Positions 32,328 to 47,835 of a DNA stretch of 64,000 nt are shown piece by piece. Numbering within the stretch: the first letter of the stretch is position 1; the number at the start of each line of letters is the position of its first letter. The stretch comes from the human T2T-CHM13v2.0 reference genome, Homo sapiens. A program made the position numbers and the translations under genes. The DNA lies in assembly GCF_009914755.1 (NCBI RefSeq), contig NC_060931.1. The stretch is one strand, 5' to 3'. The notes beneath the pieces were generated by a model. The model searched no databases, was not told the DNA's origin, and was given only the letters and a program-made list of their open reading frames with translations.

Positions 32328-32872
32328 CAGGGGTCCGCAAACTGTGGCTTCCATGCCTAATTTGGCCTGCCACCTCTTTTGGTTAATAAAATTTATTAAA
32401 ACACAGCCATGGCCAAACACAGTGGCTCATACCTGTAATACCAACACTTTGGAAAGCTGAGGCTGGATCACTTGAGGGAAGATCACTTGAGGCCAGTTTG
32501 AGACCAGCCTGGCCAACATGGCAAAACCCCATCTCTACTAAAAATACAAAAAATTAGCCAAGTGTGGTGGTGTGCAACCGTAGCCGCAGCTACTGAGGAG
32601 GCTGAGGCACAAGAACCACTTGAACCCAGGGGCAGAGGTTGCAGTGTGCCAGGATAGTGCCACTGCACTCCAGCCTGGAGGACAGAGCAAGACTCTGTCT
32701 CAAACAAAAACAAAAACAAACAAAAAACGGACTTGTTCATATATTTACATATTGTCTATGACTGCTTTTGCACTATAATGGCAGAGTTGAGTAGTTGCAA
32801 CAGATACCTTATGGCCTACAAAGCCAAAAGTATTTATTATCTGGCCCTTTCCAGAAAACGATTGCCACCCTG
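32328..32872 (+). mobile_element. MER58A split by an Alu (Alu at 32411-32728, +)
   Basis: caggggtccgcaaact...; gcagagttgagtagttgcaacaga...tatctggccctttccagaaaa; the Alu has a small gatcacttgagg duplication. Confidence 0.8.
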
Positions 32873-32880
32873 GTATAAAT

Positions 32881-33080
32881 CAGTGGTTCTCAAACTGGGG
32901 GTCCTGGAACAGCAGCATCACCATCAGCTGGTGCTGATACAAATACACTTTAAATGCAAATTATCTGGCCACACCCCAGATCCCACTAAATGAGAAACTC
33001 TGGTTGGGGGTCCAGCAATCATGTTTTACTAAGCCATGCAGGAAATTCTGGTCCATGCTCATAGTCTGTGTGAGGCTGCT
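32881..33080. mobile_element. MER5A hAT element
   Basis: cagtggttctcaaact...aaatgcaaatt...ccccagatcc...agaaactctgg...ccagcaatc. Confidence 0.75.
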
Positions 33081-36000
33081 TTACTTGGATTTGCCACTGC
33101 AGCAGTTGCCATGGAGGCAAAGACAGCCATGGGATCAAGGCTGGGTATCAGTGGATATGGTTCCCTGAGCCCTCCTTACAAATGTGCTCACATTCAGTGG
33201 AACTGCAACATGCCAGGAGTGAGTCATCCACCAAGTCAGAGTTCAAAGGACCACTGGCTTGCTGCCTTGTGCACTAATTGCCAAGCTGGATCAGGGACCG
33301 TGTCTGTAATCAAGGCACCACCAGACCATATAAGAAAATAGTATTTTTTTTTTATGTTAGCATAAAAAAGTTGCAGGAGTTCTTGTATTCTGAATGTCAG
33401 ACTCTTATTGGATATGTGACTTATAAAAATTTTCTCCCATTCTGTGGGCTGTCTTTTCACTTTCTTGTTGGTGTCCTTTGAAGCACAAAAGTTTTTAATT
33501 TTGGTAATGTTCAGTTTATCTATTTTTTCTTGCTTGTTTTTTGGTATCATATCTAAGAAATCATTAACTGACAGTTCGTGAAGATTTATGTTTTCTCTTA
33601 GGAGTTGTGTAGTTTTGGTTCTTACATTTAGCTCTGTTGTATATTTTGAGTTAATTTTTGTACGTGGTGTGAAGTAGGGGTCCACCTTCATTCTTTTGCC
33701 TGTGGCTATCTAGTTGTCTCAGCACCGTTTGTTGAAAAGACTATATTTTCTCCCTTAAATTGCCTTTGATCCTTGTTAAAGATCAGTTGGCCATATTTCA
33801 TATGAATAGATCAGTTGGATCTATTCATATTTCTGCGTTCTCTGTTTCATTCCATTGATCTGTTTGTCTATCCTTTTATCAATATCACACCGCCTTGATT
33901 ACTGTAGCTTGATAGTCTGGAAGCCAAGTAGTGTCAATTCTCTGACTTTGTTTTTCTGTATATTTTTGATGATTCTGGATCTTATGATTTTTAATATAAA
34001 CTTTAGAATCAGATTTTCAACATCTATAAAATAATGTACAGGTATTTTGAATAATATTGTGTTGAATTTCAGAAAGGAATGACTTAACAATAATGGCTTA
34101 ACAATACTCAGAATGGCTTAACAATATTGAGACTTCCTATTCATCAACATGCAATATCTCTCCATTGTTTAGATCTTTGATTTCTTTCATCAGAGATTTT
34201 TAGTCCTCCAGACAGATCTTCAACATACTTTGTGAAATCTATACCTAAGTGTTTCAGTTGTTTGGTACTAATGTAAATGGCATTGTGTTTTAAATTTCAA
34301 ATTCCAATTGTTTAAAGCTGGTGTATAGAAGAGCAATGGCTTTTGTATATTAATCTGTATCCTGCAAATGTGCTATACCTGCTTATTAGTTGCAAGAGGC
34401 CTTACGTTCATACTTTGGGATTTTCCACATAGATTATCATGTCATGCGTGAACAAAGACAATTTTTTGTTCTTCCTTCCCATTCCATATACCTTTAATTT
34501 CCTTTTCTTGTCTTAAGGCATTAGTTAGGACTTCTAGTACAATGTTGAGTAGGAGTGGAACCTTGCCTCGTTCCTGATCTTAGGGCAAAAGCATCTAGCT
34601 TCTCACCATTAAGTACAATGTAAGCTATGATTCTCTTCTTTTAGATCTTCTTTATCACGTTAAGAAAGTTCCCCTCTATTTCTAATTTGCCGAGAGTTTT
34701 TTTATCATTAAATTACTGTTAAATTTTATCAAATGTTTTTTCTGCATTTATTGATATGACTACATTTTTCTTCTTTAGCTTGTTATATATCATTACTTCA
34801 CTTTTGAACCAGACTTGCATACCTGGAATAAATCCCACTTGGTCGTGGTGTTTAATTATTTTTGTACATTGTTGGATTTGATTTGCTAATTTTTTGAGGA
34901 TGTTCACAACTATGCTCATCAGAGATATCGGTCCGTAGTTGTTTTGTTTTTTCCTGTAATGGGTTTATCTGGTTTTGGTCTTAGGGTAATGCTTGCCCTA
35001 TAGAATGAGATAGGAAATGTTCCCTCTGCTTCTATTTTCTAGAAAAAATGTAGAGAATTGATACTATTTCTCCCTTAACTCTTTTCTTCCAGTGAAATCA
35101 TCTGGACCTGGTGCTTTCTGTTTTGAAAGGTTATTAATTATTGAGTTAATTTATTTAATGCATATAGGCCTTTTCAGATTATGTATGTATTTTTGGTAGA
35201 TTCTGCCCTCCAAAGTTTCAGTTCACTTCATCTAAGTTATCAAATTTGTAAGCATATAATGATTTATAAGATTCTTTTATTATCCTTTAATATTCATGGA
35301 ATTGGTATTTATGCCCCTCTTTCATTTCTCATACTAGTAATTGGTGCCTTCTCTTGTCTCTTGGCTAGCCTGGCTAGAGTATTATAAATTCTGTTGATCC
35401 TTTCAAATAATCAGCTTTGGATTTTAGTTTCTCTACTGATTTTCTGGTTAAAATGTTACTGACTTCTGCTCTGATTTTTATTATGTATTCACAAGCTTGC
35501 TTTAGGTTCACATTGCTCCTTTATCTAATTTTCTAAGGTAAAAGCTTAGATAAATACCTTTAGGTTTTCTTCTCTACTTTTCTAATATATGCATTCAATG
35601 CTATAAATTTCCCTTTAACCACTGCTTTTGCTGAATCTCACAAATTTTGATATGTTGTATTTTTGTTTGCATTTATGTCAAAATATTTTTAAGTTTTTCT
35701 TGAGACTTCTTCTTTGACCCATGTGTTATTTTAAACTGTGTTGTTTAATCTCCAAATATTTTTGAATTTTAAGCGTTCTGTTACTGATTTCTTACGTAAT
35801 TTTGTTGTGGTCTGGAACATACTTTGTATGATTTCTATTCTTTTAAACCTTTTTGGTGTGTTACTTGGTCCATCTTGGCAAATGTTCCATGTGAGCTTGA
35901 GAAAAATGTATATTCTTCTGTAAGTGGATGAAGTAGTCTGTCAGTGACATTCGATCCGGTTGATTGATGATGATGCACAGTTCGACTATATCCTTGCTGA

Positions 36001-36160
36001 TTTTTTGCCTGCTGGATCTGTCAATTATGATATAAGGGTTTTGAATTGTCCAGCTATAATTGTGGACTTGGTTATTTCTCCTTGCAGTTCTTAGTTTTTG
36101 CCTTCTGTATTTTGACACTCCATTATTAGGTGCATACACATTAAAGATTATTATGCTTTC

Positions 36161-36553
<393 letters not shown>

Positions 36554-36605
36554 TTAATATAGCCACCCCAGCTTTCTTTCGATTAGTGTTAGCATGGTAT
36601 ATCTT

Positions 36606-36612
<7 letters not shown>

Positions 36613-36638
<26 letters not shown>
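36613..36638. repeat. (CT)n microsatellite
   Basis: About 13 CT units. Confidence 0.85.
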
Positions 36639-36644
<6 letters not shown>

Positions 36645-37128
36645 AATTTTTATATTTAAAGTGGGTTTTATAGACAGATAGGTCTTGTTTTTTATCTACT
36701 ATGTCAATATAATTCACATTTAAAGAGATTGTTGCTATAATTAGATCAATATCTACCGTATTTTTATTGGGTTTTATTCATTATACTTGTTTCTCACTAG
36801 TTTTGTCTTTTTCTCTTCTTCTGCCATCTTTGGTTTTAATTGAGCACTTTGTATGATTCCAGTGTCTTCTTTCTTAGCTATATATATTGGGTGCTCACTC
36901 TCGCTCGCTCTCTCTCTCTGTATATATAGCTGTAATATTTATATATTACAACATAATGTATGTATTTTGTATTTGTAATAATTTTTCTTTTCCTTCTCTT
37001 CTGCCTTCTTTGGTTTTAAGCATTTTATATGATTCTAGTATCTCTTCTCTCTTAGCAAAATAGATTGCTATATGTAAGTACAATATAAATTGTATTTCTT
37101 TTAAAAATTTTTTTAGTGGTTACCTTAG

Positions 37129-37558
<430 letters not shown>

Positions 37559-38326
37559 TAACATTGCTGTCATTCATTTCGTTTATCCATAAGTTATAAT
37601 CACTGACTGTATTGCTTTTATTACTGTTTTGAACAGACAGCTCAATTAATAAACTAACATATTTTATCTTCATTTACTCCTTCTCTAGTACTCTTTCATT
37701 CTTTACATAGATGTGAGTTTCTGACCTATATCATTTTTCTTGTCTATGAAGAAATTTCTTTTTAACATTTCTGGTAAGGCAGGTCTACTGACAACAAAAT
37801 CCCTCAGTCTTCTTGGTCTAAGAAAGCTTTTATTACGCTTTACTTTTGAAGGATAATTTTATAAGATACAAAATTATTTGTTGATTGTTTTTTTCCTTAA
37901 ACATTTTAAATATTTTACTCAACTCTCCTTTTTGCATAGTTTCTCAAGAGAAGTTCCATGTAATTGTTATCCTTGTTCCTTCATAGGTAAGGTAATTTAT
38001 TTCCTGTGGACTCTTTCAAGATTTTGTCTTTGTCTTTGATATTATGCGGTTTGAATATGCAATGACTAAGAGTTGATTTTTTGGCATTTATCCTGCTTAA
38101 TGTTCTATGGGTGTCCTGGATCTTTGGTTTGGTATCTTTCATTAATTTTGAAGAATTTTTAGCTACCATTATTTCCAATCTTTCTTCTGCTCATTTTTTT
38201 CTTTCTTCTCCTTGTAAGCATCTCACAGTTCTTGGATATTCTTTCCTTTTTAATTTTTATTCTTTTTTTTTTTCAAGTATCTAATGACATATGTCTAAGC
38301 ATACTGATTCTTGTCACTGTGTCTAG

Positions 38327-38802
<476 letters not shown>

Positions 38803-39348
38803 TTAAGTAGTTATTTTTAACTCCCAGTTTGATAATTCCAAAATTTCTGCCACATCTGAGTCTTGTCCTGAGGTTTGCGTTCTGTCTTCTTCTTTTTTTT
38901 TTTTTTTTTTTTTTGCCTCTAAGTATACCTTGTACTTATTTGTTGAAAACCTTGAAAACCAGACATGATGTATTAGATAACTGTCACAAAAGTAAACAGA
39001 GGTTTAGTGTGAGGTTTTATGTTTCCAGGGCTAGGAGTTACGGCTGTGTCTCATGTTCATTTAGCTGCAGTTTTACCTGGTGTCCTTGTTTTTGTCTCCC
39101 TTGTTGTCCTTAGGTTTCCCTAAAAACTGATTTTTAAATAGAATCTGTGCTTTGCAAATCTCTCAGTTATAATCCACTGATATTATACTGGAGTCTGTCA
39201 ATGTGTTGGTAAGGTATTATGGAGGGGAAGCATTCTTTTCTCTTATAATTACATCTCAGGGTTTTTTAGGAGCTGTGAATCACTGGGATGTGGCCTTCAG
39301 AAGAGTTACTCAGCCTTTTTTAAAGGACAGGAATTCTGCCTTCCCCAG

Positions 39349-39721
39349 TGATATGGTTTGGCTATGACATCACCCAAATCTCATCTTGAATTGTAGTTCC
39401 CATAATCCCCGTATGTTGTGGCAGGGACCCAGTGGGAGGTAACTGAATCACGGGATTGGTTTCCTCCATGCTGTTCTTGTGATAGTGAGTGAGTTCTCAT
39501 AAGATCTGATGGTTTTATAAGGGGCTTTTCCCCCTTTGCTGGGCACTTCTCTCTGCTGCCGCCAAGGAAAGAAGGACATGTTTGCTTCCCTTCCACCATG
39601 ATTGTAAGTTTCCTGATGCCTCCCCAGCTATACGGAACTATGAGTCAATTAAATCTCTTTTCTTTTTAAATTACCCAGTCTCAGGAAGTCCTTTATCGCA
39701 CCTTGAGAGCAGATTAATACA
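39349..39721 (+). mobile_element. THE1-family MaLR solo LTR
   Basis: tgatatggtttggct...caaatctcatcttgaattgtagttccc...ttaataca; 5-bp TSD cccag/tccag. Confidence 0.9.
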
Positions 39722-40405
39722 TCCAGGTCATATTAGGCACTGGCCAAGTAGTTTCCCTTGTGGGCAGGCTTTGGTTAAGGAGAACAGAAAGTTCTGGACA
39801 TATTTAAAATGGTTACTTTCCCTCTGAGCTTATGTCATAATGGTTACTTTTCCCATCCTTAGCCCAGAGCTGGTGTAGATTTTATCTGACCTTCACTGTA
39901 AGAACCGGATGGCATTTCCTGGAGGTAAAACTCAAAGAAGTGTAGAGACTACGAAGACTGGGCCCCTCTGAAGTTTTAATTCAAGCTCTACTTGCATGTC
40001 AGTGTTCCCGAGAAGCTGTGATTCTCTGTGTTTGCCTGTTTTTAGGATGGCAATTTGTCCTGTGACCTCCGTTCTCTGATGTATGTAGGAAGAATTGTTG
40101 ATGAGTTTTTTTCCTGTTTTGAGAACGGAAATGAGACTTCTAAGCCTTTATATGTCTGAGCAGAAACCAGAAGTTTCTGATGTTTTCTTAAACAGATTCT
40201 TCCTGTGGTTCATGATGTTAAATTATTGTTAAGCGTTTATACTCTGCACCCTGGAGTGCAACTAGATCTTAACATACCTTCTGAAGTTTTTTAAAGAATT
40301 TCTAAAAATTGTGATTGGTATGATTTTAATGTTAAGGGTGTTTTATTATATACTGATTCCATGAAATTTGTGATTAAGGAAAGGCTGGTTTAAAAACGTT
40401 TACTT

Positions 40406-40708
<303 letters not shown>

Positions 40709-40751
40709 GTACTTAACCACCATTTCCCACACTTTTCTTGGTTTTTATTAG

Positions 40752-40916
40752 TTGGTATTGACAAAGCACCAAAATGATTTTAAAATTGAGCTCAAGTATC
40801 TGGAAGACGATCTCCTTTTGCGCCTTTCTGCGGCAGAGGGAAGCTTTCTGGATGACACCAAACTGGTAGAGAGATTGGAGGCAACAAAGACCACCGTGGC
40901 AGAGATAGAGCACAAG
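40752..40916 (+). CDS. DNAH11: DNAH11 coding exon (~exon 67), strut/buttress coiled coil: [35 protein letters not shown]...EIEHK
   Basis: tttttattag|TTG acceptor, AAG|gtagga donor; 165 nt, phase 0 to 0. Confidence 0.95.
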
Positions 40917-42599
40917 GTAGGAAGGGCAGAGGGTGCCTGGCAGATTCTAATGCTCTGTTCGAATGAGACATGTGGGGTGGGCAGTGTGATCAGACTTGGT
41001 AATTCCTCTAAGAGGACCAGCGTGTGGAATTCAGGTGATTTAATAAGCTGCAGTTGGACTGTGTGGGATTGTAAATGGAGATAGAGATGGTTGAATGTGT
41101 GCTTCTCCTAATTCCATAGAGATGTCATTCAAATTAGACACTGTCCGGCTATTATTTTTCCTGGGTGACCAAATGTGAAGAAAAGCTGAGGCCTGCTGGC
41201 TTCTATGGCTGAAAATCTGAAAAGCCTTAGCATCCGGCTCTTCCAAACTCATATCCTACAGTTTCTCTGCAGGTTCTCCAAGCTGTTGGACATTTTAAAG
41301 AAATTCTTAGAGTGAAAGTTTTGTTTACAGGCCTGCCGTGGCAGGATACTGCGCAAAGGATAATCTCCTGCTGTACTCAAATGCACTATTCACCCCAGGA
41401 AAAATGACATTTCCTAAAAGCCAGTAGAAATTTTTATTAAATAGGCTTCCTGCTAATGTCCAACATGGGTCCCAATATGCCTTACGTGTGATGTGCACTT
41501 TGGACTTTCACAAATGACCGTTAACCCTTAAAATGCCATTGTTTCAGTGTGAATTAGACCCTTATTTGCTTTCTGGAATATCCTTATTACTAAGTAATCT
41601 ATTAATTACCCAGCAGAAGCTGTGTCACTACGCATCCTTTATATTTGTCTTAAATTAAGCGAGGAAATGGAATCCCAAGTTACTCTGTCTTTTCAAGTAA
41701 GTGAATATTAGGTGGCTCCTAAGATGGTAAAGTTAGAACAATTAAGTAAATTAACTTAGCTTTGAAGTTAACTTCTAATTGTCTCTTAAAATGTGTCTTC
41801 CTATCTTCTTAATATATCACCATGTAGTGACTTCCTTCTCTGCCCTACATTTTATTTCCTTTTATACACAAATATTATGAGTCAACTCTATAGAGAAGGT
41901 TGGGGAAAATACTGTATCCTATGGGACCAGCAGTAGTCCTAGATAAAAGAAATAGATATTTGAGCCTTGGGTAAAACTGATATGTTGGTTGATGGTGGTG
42001 CTGGTTTTTCTTTTTAAATTATCTCTCTGAATGTACCCAGAGGCTAATACATAAAGATAAACTAAATGGAAATATATGGACATATGGATGATCCAGTGCA
42101 AAGTTAGAATTAGGCATGAGAGTCTCTATATTAAGGCTTTTTAGTAAGCATAAGTTACTGGGTATATTATCGACCTTGACTGCTTTTGTATGCTTTGTTG
42201 CCTAATGAAGTTATTGGCATTGAATTGACCCAGCAGACTTTTAAGAGCCATCCCTGGGAGGTGATATAGCTGGGTTATTAAGCCTTGAAAGAGAGAGGGG
42301 AGGCAGGAAGGTGACATTACTCAAATTCTGTAGAACAGAAAACAACTAGGTTTGTTTAATCTGTAACCTAGAAAACCACTAGAGTTATGTCCATTCTCAC
42401 TGAAACTCAGTTTATTAAAAAAATTATTTTAAAATATGAATGTAATCATTTTAGAAAAGCTCGAGCACATGGATGCCATGCATGTTATCTATTTTAATAC
42501 TCATAATTTTTCATTTCAGGTACGTCCTTCCATTCCTTGGATATGCGTAGAGAATATGAAGAGTAAATAAGTTACTTATTTTGTTTGATCCCACCATAG

Positions 42600-42740
42600 G
42601 TGATTGAAGCCAAAGAAAATGAAAGAAAAATCAACGAGGCCCGAGAATGTTACAGACCATTGGCAGCAAGAGCATCTCTTCTTTATTTTGTTATTAATGA
42701 CCTCCAAAAAATCAACCCCCTCTACCAATTCTCTTTGAAG
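42600..42740 (+). CDS. DNAH11: DNAH11 coding exon (~exon 68): [30 protein letters not shown]...YQFSLK
   Basis: ccaccatag|GTG acceptor, AAG|gtaatg donor; 141 nt, phase 0 to 0; conserved YRPxAxRxSLLYF and YQFSL motifs. Confidence 0.95.
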
Positions 42741-42834
42741 GTAATGCTGAATGAGCTAAGAAATATGGGAAACTTTAGGAGTTCAATTTGTTTCTGGAAC
42801 ATTGGAATTTATTTTATTATTGATAATAATAATA

Positions 42835-43128
42835 ACTATTATTACTATTATTGAGACAGAGTCTCACTCTGTAGCCCAGGCTGGAGTGCAGTGGCGTGAT
42901 CATTGCAACCTCTGCCTCCCATATTCAAGCAATTCTCATGCCTCAGTCACCTGAGTAGCTGGGACTACAGGAGTGCGCCACCACACCTGGCTAATTTTTG
43001 TATTTTTAGTAGAGACAGGGTTTTGCCACATTGCCCAGGCTGGTCTCGAACTCCTGACCTCAAATGATCTCCCCTCCTTGGCCTCCCAGAGTGCTGAGAG
43101 TACAGGCGTGAACCACCGCGCACAGCCA
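42835..43128 (-). mobile_element. Alu (AluS/J) about 100 nt downstream of the exon ending at 42740
   Basis: Antisense dimer with (tat)n-type tail. Confidence 0.88.
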
Positions 43129-43255
43129 GAATGTATTTTTAAGCCATCGGTGTACCCAGTAAGGAGTCATGAGGATCTGGTTAACAAAATAACAAAAGCA
43201 AAATTCTTATTCTCAGGAATTTTCATTTATAATTTTCAGTAAGGCTTTGAGGTAA

Positions 43256-43613
<358 letters not shown>

Positions 43614-43719
43614 AGCAGACTCTTTAAGGGAATTTTCCTTGAGGCTCCTATTTTGTCTTTGTGAAAATATGTCTTGGAAAGAGAATGCTCATATTTCTTT
43701 GCTAAAGAAAGAAAAATAA

Positions 43720-44680
43720 TAAGAACAACTATTTATTGAGTCACTATTACATGCAAGGCATTTTTATACTTTGGCTCATTCTTTATCCCTATTACATCTC
43801 AATAAAGAATATAATATCCCCATTTAAAAAATAAGGATGACATTTTCAAACTTTAAATAAATTGCCCAAGAATTTACATTTGTTATTGTAAGAGCCAGCA
43901 TTTCAACCTGTAACTGTTTCCAAAGCCCATGCTCCATACCTTGTACCATGCTGCTGCCTGCTGGGCAGTGCTCATTCATTCTGTTCATCTGTTCATCCGT
44001 TTTTAGACAAATGTTTATTATGATCAATCACGTCAGATGCTTGTCACTTGAGTGTATAGTTTTGGACAAAACATAAGGGTGGAGGTATATCTATATGTAG
44101 ATACATATAGATATATATGTACACATAGATATAGTTCCACCTTTATGATCATACATTTGTTTATAAAAGTAGAAAGTATTGTAAGACAGAATGATAGAGG
44201 TGGAGAGGCTGCTTTTACTGGGGGCTCAGGGAAGGCCTCCCAGAGGAAGTAACGTTTATTTCTGAAGGATAAGTAGGACTTAGCTATGTAAAGAGTGTTT
44301 GGAGAAAACAGGAATGTGTGAGATGAAAGAATTCAGGGATTCCAGGTAGTGAGTGAATTTCTGTGGCTGCAGGGTAATGAGCAAGGGGAAAGGTAGCAAG
44401 AAATGAATCTAGAGAGGTGGGAAAGACTGAATCACGCAGAGTTTTGTAGACCACTGTGTGTGGAATTTGGGGATTATATTCTGTGTGCAACAAGAAGCCA
44501 TTGGAAGATTTCAAGCAGATAACTGATGTGATGACAAAAGACTCAGAGTTACGTGAACAGACCTGAGATATGATTTGAAGCTGGAATCATTGGCTCCTGG
44601 AGATGGACTGGTTATGGGCAATAATAAAGAGGAAAGGATCAAGCATAACGAGCAGGTTTCCTAACAGTACAGAACTAGTA
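43720..44680 (-). mobile_element. MIR followed by L2 fragments
   Basis: MIR core (aatccccattt...aaattgcccaag) then L2-like sequence (gggaaggcctcccagagg, gaagccattggaagatttcaagcag). Confidence 0.6.
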
Positions 44681-44789
44681 TGCAAAACTTCTAACAAGCA
44701 CAGTGTGGTTGGAGTTTGAAAGTAACCATGTGTGAGGAGAAGAGTAAAACTAAATCATCAGTGTCAGCCCAGTATTGCCCAAATTCCAA

Positions 44790-47175
44790 AACTACACTAA
44801 GGCATTACAATAAAAGAAAAATACTGGGCAGTCCCCCCTTGTAAACATTGTTGGTAAACTCCTCCAGAAAATGTTGGCAAATTGAATCCAACCATATATA
44901 AAAAGCACAATGTATCATGACCAAGTGGAATGTATGCCAAGAATCAAATTGGTTTAACATTCAAAAATCACGAAGTGTAATTAATCAGTTAACAGAATAA
45001 AAGAAAAAAAAGCTCATATGGTCATTTCAGTTGATGCAAAGAACTTGAAAAATTTCAACAAATGAGTTAAAAAAAAACCAACCAACTCTCAACTAATGAA
45101 TAGATGGTAACTTCTCAACATGATAAAATGCATCTAGAAAAAATCTACACCAACATTATACTTAATGTTGAAAATGGAATGCTTTTCGCTAAAATCAGGA
45201 ACAAGACAAGGATATCTTTCTCTCAGCACATCTATTCAGCGCTGCACTGGAAGTTATAGTCGGTACAGTAAGACAATAGAAGGCAAGAGATTTAAAAGAA
45301 GAAGAAAAACTCTGTTTTTTCACAGATGACCTGATTATGTATATAGAAAATCCCAAGAAACTCACCAAAACCCTGCCAGGACTAAGAAGTGAATTTTTAG
45401 CAAGGTTGCAGGATATAAGGTTGATATACAATGTACCTTGTATTTCTATACATGAGAAACAAGTGGAAAATAAAATCAGTGTCTTAGCACTATTTACAGT
45501 GGCTTCCAAAGCCGTGAAGCTTTTTAGGAATAATTTTAATAAAATATATGCAAGGTTTGTATTCTAAAAACTCCAAAATATTGTTGAGAAAAATTAAAGA
45601 AGTCCTAACTAAATAGATACACCATGTTCATCAGTTGGAATGCTCAATATTGTTAAGATGTCAGTTCGCTCCAAACTGATTTATAGATTCAATTCAGTCC
45701 CAATCAAAACACCAGAAGACATTTCCTTTTTCCTTTTGGTAGAAATTGGCAAGCTTATCCTGAAAATTTGTGTGAAAATTCAAAGGACTTAAAATAGCTA
45801 AACAATTTTGAAAAAGAAAAAAAAAACAGGGTTGGAAGACTTACAATTTCTGATTTTAAGACTTATATCTACACGAATCAAGATGTTGTGGTACTGGCCT
45901 GAAGAAAAATGCATAGATCTGTGGAACAGATTGGAGAATCCCGAGGTACACCCACAAATGCATGGTCAATTGATTTTCAGTAGGGGTGCCAAGACAATTC
46001 AATGAGGAAAGGACAGTTTTTACAACAAATGGTGCTGGAGCAATTGGATATCCACATGACATAAAATAAACCTCAAACTATTATACTATATAAAAAAATT
46101 CAAAATGAATTTATTAAGCTATACATTTTCTAGGAGAAAAATAAGAGAGGGCTTTGGGTTAGGCAAAGATTTCTTAGGACACAATAGAAAATAAAAACTT
46201 AATAAATTGAACTTTATCAAGCTTAAAAGTTTATGGTTTTCAAAAGATATGAAGATGAAAAGGTAGGCCACAGACAAGCAAAGACAATATTCTCAATACA
46301 TATATATAAAACAAAGAATTTGTATCAGGATATAAAAAGAACTTGTACAACTCAGTAATAAGAGTTGAACAGACATATAATAACACATGTGAATTATCCA
46401 CAAGCACATTAAAAATGCTCATCAGGCATCAGAAAAATGCAAAATAAAAGCAGAATGAGGTCTTATTCTATGTCCCACAGAATGGCTAAAGTTTCAGAAG
46501 ACTCTTAATAGCAAGTGTAGCACAGATATGGTACTACAGCTCTCTCACATTGCTGGAAGGAATGCAATAAACCATTTTGGAAAACAGTTTGGCAGTTTCT
46601 TGTAAAGATAAATATACAGTTAGAAAATATGATCTCACACTTTTACTCCAGGCATTTACCTAAGATAAATAAAAATGTATGCCTGCAAAAAGCTTAACAA
46701 ATGTTCATAGATGCTTTATTCATAAAAGCCAAAGTCTAAAAACAATCCAAAGGACTGACACATTAATAGTCATGCAGATTTTGCATGTTCCCACAGTGGG
46801 CTAATACTCAAAACATAAAGGTATGAATTGTTGGTACACACAACAACGTGGATATGTCACCAAACGATTATGTTGAAAAGAAGCAGCCAGATACCGAGGA
46901 GTATATACCATATGATGCTATTTATGTGAAATTATAGAAAAGGCAAAATTATTCTACAGTGACAGAGGCAGGTCAGTAATTGACTGGGGCTGGCGATGGT
47001 GGTGGGAATAGGCTGTAAATAGGCACATGAGAACTTTTTCTGGTAATGTAAGTAGAAAGGTTCTTTATCTTGATTGCTACGGTTATTGTTAGAATATATC
47101 TATTTGTCAAGACTCATCAAACTGTGCATATAATAGGCACATTTTATAGTATGTAAACGAAAAACTGATTTTAAG
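44790..47175 (+). mobile_element. Old L1M (L1MB/L1ME-like) decayed ORF2 plus 3'UTR
   Basis: ORF2p-like peptides (MYIENPK, LWNRLENPE, QLIFSRGAK) and 3'UTR (tttgtcaagactcatcaaactgtgca). Confidence 0.82.
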
Positions 47176-47197
47176 AAAGTGTAAATATCAGGTTAGT

Positions 47198-47835
47198 ACA
47201 GATTGAGCCTCCTAATCCAAAAACCAGAATGCTCCAAAATCTGAAACTTTTTGAATGCTGACAAGATGCCCCAAGTGGAAAATTCTACACCTGACCTCAT
47301 GCACTTTATGCACAAAATTGTTTAAAATATTGTATAAAATTAACTTCAGGCTATGTGTATAAGGTGTCTATGAAACATACATGAATTTTTTTTTTCATTT
47401 TGTTTTGTTTTTGAGATGGAGTCTCACTCTGTCACCCAGACTGGAATGTAGTGGTGCAATCTCGGCTCACTGCAATCTCCACCTCCCAGGTTGAAGCGAT
47501 TCTCCTGTCCCAGCCCCTCAAGTAACTGGGACTACAGGCACCCACCACCATGCCTGGCTAAATTTTGTATTTTTGGTAGAGATGGGGTTTCACCATGTTG
47601 GCCAGGCTGGTCTCAAACTCCTGAACTCAGGTGATCCACCTGCCTCAGCCTCCCAAAGTGCTGGGATTACAGGCATGAGCCACAAGCCCAACCTATAAAT
47701 GCTTTTGTGTTTAAACTTGGGTTCCATCCCCAAGACATCTCATTGTGTATTTGCAAATATTCAAACATCTGAAAAAATCCAAAATCTGAAACACTTCTGG
47801 CCCCAAGCATTTCAGATAAGACATATTCAAGCTAT
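47198..47835. mobile_element. Tigger4 (Zombi/MER46) element split by an antisense AluS (47385-47694)
   Basis: aatgctccaaaatctgaaactttttga...; aaatccaaaatctgaaacacttctggccccaagcatttcagataag. Confidence 0.8.

Noticed and set aside
33036-33341. 101-aa ORF with a good Kozak context (gccATGG) as a small gene or retrocopy
   Set aside because: It begins inside MER5A, and I recognise no homology, poly(A)/TSD structure or splice support.
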